From the human T2T-CHM13v2.0 reference genome, Homo sapiens: a stretch of 64,000 bases of DNA. The position numbers were made by a program, and so were the translations under genes. Below are positions 27,101-36,800 of the stretch, in pieces. Numbering within the stretch: position 1 is the stretch's first letter; each line of letters starts with the position of its first letter. The stretch lies in the NCBI RefSeq assembly GCF_009914755.1, contig NC_060931.1; one strand, 5' to 3'. The notes beneath the pieces are model-generated. The model made no database searches, was not told the origin of the DNA, and saw only the letters and a list, made by a program, of their open reading frames with translations.

Positions 27101-29517
27101 TAAATGTTTAAGTCAGTGATATGAATGCACACAACCCAATGAGTTTCTCATATAACTTCTTTCTAGTTTCTGTCTGAAGATATTTCCTTTTTCACCATAA
27201 GCCTCAATGTGCTACCAAATATCTCTTCACAGATTCGAAGAAACTAGTTTTTCCAAACTACTGAAAGAAAAGAAAAGTTTAATACTGTGAGATGAATGCA
27301 CATGACTCAAATCGGTTCTCAGGTAACGTCCTTCTAGTTTCTATCCAAGGATATTCTCTTTTTCACCATTGGCCTCAATGAGTTCCCTAATGTCCCTTTC
27401 CAGAATGGACAAAAACAGTGTTTCCAAACTGCTGAATCCAAAGAAAGTCGTAACTCTGTGAGATGAATGAACACATCACAAAGCAGTTTTTCGGAAAGCT
27501 TCTTTCTAGTTTTTTTCTGAAGATATTTCCTTTTTCAACATAGGCCTCAATGCACAGCCAAATATGTCTTCACAGATTAGAAGAAATCAGTGTTTCCAAA
27601 TTGCTGAATGAAAAGAAAGGTTTAACAATGTGAGGTGAATGCTCACAACCCAATTTGGTTCTCAAATAAAGTCCTTCTAGATTTTATCCAGGGATATTCT
27701 CTTTTTCACCATTTGCTCAAAGAGTTCCCTAATGTCCATTCCCAGAATGGAAAAAACAGTGTTTCCAAATTGCTGAATCCAAAGAAAGGCGTAACTCTGT
27801 GAGATGAATGTACACATCACAAAGCAGTTTCTCAGAAATCTTCTTTCTAGTTTTTTTCTGAAGATATTTCCTTTTTTAACAAAGGCCTCAATGCACTGCC
27901 AAATATCCCATCACAGATTCTACAAAAACAGTGTTTCCAAACTGCTGAATGAAAAGAAACATTTAACTCTGTGAGATGAATGCAAACATCACAAAGCAGT
28001 TTCTCAGATAGCTTGCTTCTAGTGTTTATCTTGGGTTATTCCCTTTTTCACCATTGGCCTCAATGTGCTCCCAAATGTCCATTCCCAGAATGGACAAAAG
28101 CAGTGCTACCAAACTGCTGAATGCAAAGAGAGGTTTAACTCTCTGAGATGAATTCACACATCCCAAACCAGTTTCTCATTACACTTGTTTCTAGTTTTTA
28201 TCATAATATATTTCCTTTTTCACCATTTGTCCTCATAATCTTCCAAATATCAATTTGCAGATTCTAAGAAAACAGTGTTTCCAACTGCTGAATGAAAATA
28301 AACTTTTGAATCTGTGAGATGAATGCACACATGAAAATTCGATTTTACAGATAACATCTCTGTGGTTTTTATCCTGGGATAATTGCCTTTTCACCATTGG
28401 CCTCAATGAGCTCCCAAATGTCCATTCACAGAATGGTCAACAACAGTGTTTACAAACTGCTGAACCCAAAGCAAGGTTTAAATCTGTGACATGAATGAAC
28501 ACATCACAAAGAAGTTTCTCAGAAAGCTTCTTTCTAGCTGTTATCTGAAATATTTGCTTTTTCACCATAAGCCTCAAATAAGCACTACAAAATATCTCTT
28601 TGCAGATCCTAACAAATCAGTGATTCCAAACTGCTGAATGAAAAAAAGGTTTAACACTGTGAGATGAAAGCACAATCACAAAGCAATTTCTCAGATAACT
28701 TCCTTTTAGTTTTTATCCTGGGATATTCACTTTTTCACCTTTGGCCTCAATGAGCTCCAAAATGTCCATTCACAGAATGGACAAAAACAGTGTTTCCAAA
28801 GTGCTCAACCAAAAGAGAGGTTTAACTCTGTGAGATGAATGCACACATCAAAAAGCACTTTCTCAGAAAGCTTCTTTCTAGTTTTTATCTGAAGATGTTT
28901 CCTTTTTCACCATAGGCCTCAATGCACTGCCAAATATCCACTCGCAGATTCTACAAAAACAGTGTTTCCAAACTGCTGAGTGAAAAGAAAGATTTAAGGC
29001 CGCTAGAGGAATGCACACATCACAAAGGGGTCTCTCAGGTAGCTGCCTTCTAGTCTTTATCCTGGGATATTCACTTTTTCACCATTGGCATCAATGAGTT
29101 TCCAAATGTCCATTCCAAGAATGGACAAAAACAGTGTTTCCAAACTGCTGAATCCAAAAAAAGATTTAACTCTGTGAGATGAATGAACACATCACCAAGC
29201 ATTTTCTCAGACAGCTTCTTACTAGTTTTTATCTGAACATATTTCCTTTTTCACCCTAGGCCTCAATGGGCTGCCAAACATCCTTCCACAGTTTCTACAA
29301 ATGAGCTCCCAACTGTCCATTTGCAGAATTGACAAAAACAGTGTTACCAAACAGCTGAATCCAAAGAAAGTTTTAACTCCGTGAGATGAATGCACAAATC
29401 CTAAACCAGTTTCTCATTAAGCTTCTTTCTAGTTTTAATAAGATATTTCATTTCTCACCACAGGCCTCAATGTGCTATCAAGTGTCTCTTCACAGCCTCT
29501 AAGAAAACAGTGTTTCC
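15104..29517 (-). repeat. Alpha satellite, reverse orientation (inverted block, left part)
   Basis: Reverse-complement motifs throughout: CAGTGTTTCCAAACTGCTGAAT...AACTCTGTGAGATGAATGCACACATCACAAAGCAGTTTCTCAG and TTCCTTTTTCACCATAGGCC. Confidence 0.97.
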
Positions 29518-29806
29518 AGCCAGGTGTGGTGGCTCATGCCTGTAATCACAGCACTTTGCTAGGCTGAGGCAGGTGGATCACGAGATCAGGAGATAGAGAC
29601 AAACCTGGCTAACATGGTGAAACACCATCTCTACTAAAAATACAAAAAATTAGCCAGGTGTGGTTGTGGGTGCCTGTAGTCCCTGCTGCTCAGGAGGCTG
29701 AGGGAGGAGAATGGCATCAACCTAGGAGGCGGAGACTGCAGTGAGCCCAGTTCACGCCACTGCACTCCAGCCTGGAAGACAGAGTGAGACTTCGTTTAAA
29801 AAAAAA
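29518..29806 (+). mobile_element. Full-length Alu, AluY-like, strongly diverged, with 17-bp TSD
   Basis: Dimeric Alu with the linker TACTAAAAATACAAAAAATTAGC and a poly-A tail. Y-type diagnostics are GGATCACGAG, CTGGCTAAC, TGTAGTCCC and GAATGGC. TSD is AAGAAAACAGTGTTTCC (29501-29517) / AAGAAAGCAGTGTTTCC (29807-29823). Confidence 0.95.
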
Positions 29807-30860
29807 AAGAAAGCAGTGTTTCCAAACTGCTGAAAGAAAAGAAAGGTTTAACTCTGTGAGATGAATGCACACATCACAAATCGGTTTTTCACATAACTTC
29901 CTTCTAGTTTTTATTCTGGGGTATTCGCTATTTCACCATTGGCCTCAATGAGTTCCCAAATGTCCATTCCCAGAATGCACAAAAACAGTGTTTCCAAACA
30001 GCTGAATCCAAATAAAGTTTTAACTCTGTGAAATGAAAGAACACATCACAAAGCAGTTTCTCAGAAAGCTTCTTAATAGTTTTTATATCAAGATATTTCC
30101 TTTTTCACTGCTTGCCTCAATGTGCTGCCAAATATCCCCATGCAGATTCTACCAAAACAGTGTCTCCAACTGCTGAATGAAAAGAAAGGTTTAACTCTGC
30201 GAGATGAATGCACACATTACAAAGCTGTTTCTCAGGTAGCTTCCTTCTAGTTTTTATCCTGGGATATTTTCTTTTTTGCCATTTGCCTCAATGAGCTCCC
30301 AAATGTCCATTCACAGAATGGACAAAAACAGTGTTAGGAAACTGTGAATCCAAAGAAATGTTTAACTCTGTGAGATGAATACACTCATCCCAAACCAGTT
30401 TCTCATTAAGCTTCTTTCTAATTTTTATCTGAAGATATTTCCTTTTTCAACATAGGCCTCCATACTGTTCCAATTATCTCTTTGCAGATTCTAAGAAAAC
30501 AGTGTTTCCAAACTGCTGAAAGAGAATAAAGGTTTAACTCTGTGAGTTGAAGGCACACATCACAAAGCAGTTTGTCACAGAACTTCCTTCTAGTTTTTAT
30601 CCTGAGATATTCCCTTTTTCCCCATTGGCCTCAATGACCTCCCAAATGTCCATTCTCAGAATACACAAAAACAGTGTTACCAAACTGCTGAATCCAAAGA
30701 AAGGTTTAACACTCTGAGATGAATGTACACATCCCAAATCAGTTTCTCATTTACCTTCTTTCTAGTATTTATCTGAAGATATTTCATTTTTCACAATTGG
30801 CCTCAATGCGCTGCCAAATATCCCTTCACAGACTCTACAAGAACAGTACTTCCAAACAGC
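29807..30860 (-). repeat. Alpha satellite, reverse orientation (inverted block, right part)
   Basis: Reverse-strand monomers continue up to ...CAGTACTTCCAAACAGC|TTTGTGATGTGTGC, where forward orientation resumes. Confidence 0.96.
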
Positions 30861-33595
30861 TTTGTGATGTGTGCATTTATCTCCCAGAGCTAAAACTTTC
30901 TTTTCATTCAGCAATTTGGAAACAATGTTTTCTTAGAAACTGCAAAGGGATATTAGGGAACACTTTGAGGCCTAAGGTGGAAAAGGAAATATCTTCAGAT
31001 AAAAACTAGAAAGAAGCTTTCTGAGAAACTGCTTTGTGATGTGTGCATTCCTCTCACAGAGTTAAACCTTTCTGTGGATTCAGCCATTTGCAAACACTGT
31101 TTTTCTCCATTCTGCAAATGGACATTTGGGAGCTCATTGAGGCCAATGGTGAAAAAGTGAATACCCCAGGATAAAAACTGGAAGGAAGTTATCTAAGTAA
31201 CAGCTGTATGATGTGTCCTTTCACCCCGCAGAGATAAAACTTTCTTTTCATTCAGCAGTCTGGAAACACTCTTTTGGCAGAATCCGCAAAGGGATATTTG
31301 GGAGCACATTGAGGCCTATGGTGAAAAAGGAAATAACTTCAGATAAAAACTGGAAAGAAGCTTTCTGAGAAACTGATTTGTGATGTGTGCATTCATCTCC
31401 CATACTTAAACTTTTCTTTATATCCAGCAAATTGGAAACACTGTTATATCCATTCTGCGAATGGACATTTGGGAGCTCATTGATGCTAATAGTGAAAAAG
31501 CGAATATGCCAGGATAAGAAATAGAAAGAAGCTATCTGAGAAACTGCTTTGTGATGTGTGCATTCACCTCACCAAGTTAAAACTTTCTTTTCATACAGCA
31601 ATCTGGAAACAATATTTTGGCAGAATCTGTGAAAGGATATTTGGGTGCACATTGATGCCTATGGGGAAAACGAGATATCTTCAGATAAAAACAAGAAAGA
31701 AGCTTTCTGAGAAACTGCTTTGTGATTTGTGCATTAACATCACTAAGTTCAACCTTTCTGTGGATTCAGCAGTTTGCAACTCTGTTTTTCTCCATTCTTC
31801 AAATGGACATTTGGGAGCTCATTGAGGCAAATGTCAAAAAACTGAATATGCTGGGAATAAAATTAGAAGGAATTTCTTTGAGAAACTTCTTTGTGATGTT
31901 TGTATTCATCTCACAGAATTAAACGTTTCTTTTCATTTGGCAGTTTGGAAAAACTCCTTTCATAGAATCTGTGAAGTGATATCTGGGAGTCCATTGAGGC
32001 CTATGGTGAAAAAGGAAATATCTTCAGATAAAAACTAGAAAGAAGCTTTCTGAGAAACTGCTTTGTGAACACTGCATTCAACTCACAGAGTTCAACCTTT
32101 CTTTGGAATCAGCAGCTTGGAAACACTGTTGTTGTATAATCTATGAAGGGATATTTGGGAGCTCGTTGTGGCCATTGGCAAAAAATTGAATATCCCAGGA
32201 CAAAAACTAGAAGGAAGCTAAGTGAGAAAGCGCTTTGTAATGAATGCATTCAGCTCACAGAGGTAAAACTATCTTTTTATTTAGCAGTCTGGAAACACTG
32301 TTTTGGCAGAATCTGCGAAGGGATATTTAGGAGCGCTTTGAAGCCTTTGGTGAAAAAGGAAATATCTTCAGATAAAAACAAGAAAAGTTTTCTGTGAAAC
32401 TCCTTTGTGATGTGTGCATTCATCTCAAAGAGTTAAAGCTTTCTTTTCATTCAGTAGCTTGGAAACACTGTTTTTGTAGTATCTGTGAAGGGATTTCTGG
32501 GAGCGCTTGGAGACCTATGTTGAAAAGGGAATGTCTTCAAATAAAAACTAGAAAGAAGCTTTCTGAGAAACCACTTTGTGACGTGTGCGTTCATCTCACA
32601 GAATTAAACTTTTCTGTGGATTCAGCAGTTTTCAAACACTGTTTTTGTCCATTCTGCTAATGGACATTTGGGAACTCTTTGAGGTCAATTGCAAAAAAGT
32701 GAATATCCCAGGATAAAAACGTGAAGGAAGATATTTGAGAAACTGCTTTGTGATGTCTGCATTAATCTCACAGAGATAAAACTCTCTTTTCATTCAGGAG
32801 TTTGGAAACACTGTTTTCCCAGAATATGAGACAGTATATCTCAGAAAATTTTGAGGCCTAAGGTAAAAAAAGAAATATCTTCAGATTAAAAACTAGAAAG
32901 AAGCTTTCTGAGAAACTGCTTTGTGATGTGTGCATTCATCTCAAAGAGTTAAAACTTACTTTGGATTCAGCAGTTTGGAAACACAGTTGTTGTAGAATCT
33001 GTGAAGAGATACTTGGGATCTCATTGAGGCCATTGGTGAAAAAGGAAATATCCCAGGATAATAACTAGAAGGGAGCTATTTGAGAAACTCCTTTGTAATG
33101 TGTGCATTCATCTCACAGAAGTAAACATTTCTTTATAATCATCTGTTTGGAAACACTGTTTTCTCAGAATTTGTGAAGGGGTATCTGGGAGTGCATTCAG
33201 GTCCATGGTGAAAAAGGAAATGTCTTCAGATAAAAACTAGAAAGAAGCTTTCTGAGAAACTGCTTTGTGAACACTGCATTCATATCACAGAGTTCAACCT
33301 TTCTGTGGATTCTGCAGTTTGCAAACACTGTTTGTTTCCATTCTTTGAATGGATATTTGGGAGGTCATTGAGGTCAATGGCAAAGCAGCAAACATCCCAG
33401 GATAAAAAAAATAGAAGGAAGCTATCTGAGAAACTGCGTTGTGATGAGTGTGCTCAGTTCACAGAGATAAACCATTCTTTTCATTCAGCAGTCTGGAAAC
33501 ACTGTTTTGACAGAATTCTTGAAGGGATATTTGGGAGTGCATTGAGGCCTACGGTGAAAAAGGAAATATCTTCAGACAAAAACTACACAGAAGCA
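30861..33595 (+). repeat. Alpha satellite, forward orientation
   Basis: Forward monomer motifs with dimeric alternation. Confidence 0.97.
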
Positions 33596-33890
33596 GGGTT
33601 GAGCATGGTGGCTCATACCTGTAATCCCAGCACTTTGGGAGTCTGAGGCAGGCAGATCACAAGGTCAGGAGATAGAGACCATCCTGGCTAACATGGTGAA
33701 ACCCCATATCTACTAACAAGTAGAGAAAATTAGCTGGGCATGGTGGCAGGCCAATATAATCCCAGCTACTCGGGAGGCTGAGGAAGGAGTATGTCATAAA
33801 CCCAGGGAGATGGGGGTTGCAGTGAGTCAAGATCGTGCCACTGTACTCCAGCCTGGGGGTCAGAGCAAGGCTCCATCTCAAAAAAAAAAA
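33596..33890 (+). mobile_element. Full-length Alu, AluY/AluSc8-like, strongly diverged, with TSD
   Basis: GGTGGCTCATACCTGTAATCCCAGCACTTTGGGAG...GAGACCATCCTGGCTAAC...GCCACTGTACTCCAGCCTGGG followed by poly-A. TSD is ACTACACAGAAGCA (33582-33595) / ACTACACAGACGCA (33892-33905), possibly extending into the A-run. Confidence 0.94.
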
Positions 33891-36800
33891 TACTACACAG
33901 ACGCATTATGTGAAACTGCTTTGTGATGTGTGCATTCATCTCAGAGAGTTAGACATTTCTTTTATTCAGCTGTTTTGAAACACTCTTTTCATAGAATCTG
34001 TGTAATGTTATTTGGGAGCACATTGAGGCCTATGGTGAAAAAGGAAATATCTTCAGATAAAAACTAGGAAGAAACTTTCTGAGAAACTGCATTGTGATGT
34101 GTGCATTCATCTCAGAGTTAAATTTTTATGTGTATTCAGCAGTTTGCAAATACTGTTTTTGTCCAATCTGTGAATGGACGTTTGGAGCACTTTGAGACCA
34201 ATGGCAAAAAAGTGAAAATCTCAGGACAAAAACTGGAAGAAAGCTATGTGAGAAACCGCTTGGTATGTGTGTGTTTACCTGGCAGAGATAAAGCTATCTT
34301 TTCATTCAGCATTCTGGAAACACCTTTTTGGCAGAATCTACGAAGGGATATTTGGGATGGCCTTGAGGCCTAGGGTGAAAAAGGAAATATCTTCAGATAA
34401 AAACTAGAAAGAAACTGCTTTGTGATGTGTGCATTCATTTCACAGTGTTAAACCTTTCAGTGGATTCAGCATTTCGCATACACTGTTTTTATCTATTCTG
34501 TGAATGAACATTTCAGAGCTCAATTCGGTCAATGGTGAGAAAGCGAATATGCCAACATAAAAACTTGAAGGAAACTATCTGAGAAAATGCGTTGTGATGT
34601 GTGCATACCCCTCACAGAGATAAAGCTTTCTATTCATTCAGAAGTCTGGAAACACTGCTTTGGCAGAATCCATGAAGGGATATTTGGGGATGCATTGAGG
34701 TCTATGGTGGAAAAGGAAATATCTTCAGATAAAAACAAGAAAGAAGCTTTCTGAGAAACTTCTTTGTGATGTGTGCATTCATCTCACAGAGCGAAAATTT
34801 TCTGTGGATTCAGGAGTTTGCAACCACTGTTTTTGTCCATTCTGCGAATGGAAATTTGGGAGCTCCTTGCAGCCAATGTAGAAAAAAACGAATATCCCAG
34901 GATAAAAACTAGAAGGAAGCTATTTGAGAAACCACTTTGTGATGTGTGCATTCAGCTCACAGAGTTTATGTTTCTTTTCATTGAGCAGTCTTGAAACTGC
35001 TTTGGCAGAATCCGTGAAGGCATATTTGGGAGCACATAGAGGCCTATGGTGTAAAAGTAAATATCTTCAGATAAAAACTAGAAAGAAGCTTTCCGAGAAA
35101 CTGTTTTGTGATGTGTGCATTCATCTCACAGAGTTAAACCTTTCTGTAGATTCAGCAGTTTCCAAACACTGTTATTGTCCATTCTGCAAATGGAAATTTA
35201 AGAGCTCTTTGATGTTAATGGCAAAAGAGCGAATATCCCAGGATGAAAACGAGAAGGAACCTATTTGAGAAGCCGTGTTGTGATGTGTGCATTCATCTCA
35301 CAGAGCTAAACCTTTCCTTCATTCAGCAGTTTGGAAACACTGTCTTCATAGAGCCTGTGAAATGATATCTGGGAGTGCATTGACAGCTATGGTGAAAAAG
35401 GAAATATCTTCAGATAAAAACTAGAATGAAGCTTTCTGAGAAACTAATTTGTGATGTGTGCATTCATCTCACAGAGTTAAATCTTTCTTTGTATTCAGTA
35501 GTTTGCAAACACTGTTTTTGTCAATTCTGTGAATGGACATTTGGGGTTGTTTGAGACCAATGACAAAAAAGCAAATATCCCAGGATAAAAACTGGAAGGA
35601 ATCTATCTGAGAAACCACTTTGTGAAGTGTGCATTCACTCAAAGAGTTAAACCTTTCTTTTCATTCAGCAATCTGGAAATACTGTTTTGGCAGAATCCAT
35701 GAAGACATATTTGGGAGTGCATTGAGGGCTATGGTGCAAAAAGAAATATCTTGAGATAAAACCAGAAAAATGTGTGAGAAACTGCTTTGTGATGTGTGCA
35801 TTCATATAACAGAGTTAAAACTTTCTGTGGATTCAGCATTTTGCAAACACTGTTTTTATCCATTCCTAGAATCGACATTTGGGAGCTTGATGAGGCCAAT
35901 GGTGAAAAAGCAAATATTCCAGGATAAAAACTGGAAGGAAACTGAGAAAACGCTTCATGATGTGTGCATTCAACTCACAGAGATAAAGCTTTCCTTTCAT
36001 TCAGAAGTCTGGAAATATTGCTTTCACAGAATCCAATAAGGGATATTTGGGTGCGCATTGAGGCGTATGGTGAAAAAGGAAATATCTTCAGTTAAAAAGA
36101 AGAAAGAAGTTTTCTGAGAAACTTTGTAATGTGGGCATTCATCTCACAGACTTAAAATTTTCTGTGGACTCACAGTTTGCAACCACTGTTTTTGTCCATT
36201 CTGTGAATGGACATTTGGGAGCTCATTGTGGCCAATGTAGAAAAAAGCAAATATCCCAGGATGAAAACTAGAAGGAAGCTATCTGAGAAACCACTTTGTG
36301 ATGTGTGCATTCACCTCGCAGACTTCACCTTTCTTTTCATTCAGCAGTCTCAAAACACTGTTTAGGCAGAATCTGTGAAGGCATATTTGGGAGCGCTTTG
36401 AGGCCTATGGTGTAAAAGTAAATATCTTCAGATAAAAACTAGAAAGGTTTCTGAAAAACTGCTTTGTGATGTGTGCATTCATCTCACAGAGTTAAACTTT
36501 TCTTTGGATTCAGGAGTTTGCAAACACTGTTTATGTCCATTCTAGGAATGGACATTTGAGAGTTCATTGAGGCCAATGGCAATAAAGAAAATATCCCAGG
36601 ATAAAGACTGGAAAGAAGCTATCTGAGAAACTGCTTTGTGATGTGTGCATTCACCTCACAGAGATACACATTTCTTTTCATTCAGCAGTCTGGAAACACT
36701 GTTTTGGCAGAATCCGCAAAGGGATATTTGGGAGCTCATTGAGATCTATGGTGAAAAAGGAAATGTCTTCAGGTAAAATCTAGAAGGAAGCATTCTGAGA

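Noticed and set aside
15104-30860. Reversed block as a recent perfect palindrome or assembly fold-back artefact
   Set aside because: Sequences on either side of each junction are not mirror copies; they differ like ordinary diverged monomers, and the block contains its own unique Alu. Read-level confirmation is still needed.
33305-33881. ORFs ending in or lying within the Alu ([12 protein letters not shown]; MRWSLALTPRLEYSG)
   Set aside because: Typical Alu-derived translation artefacts.
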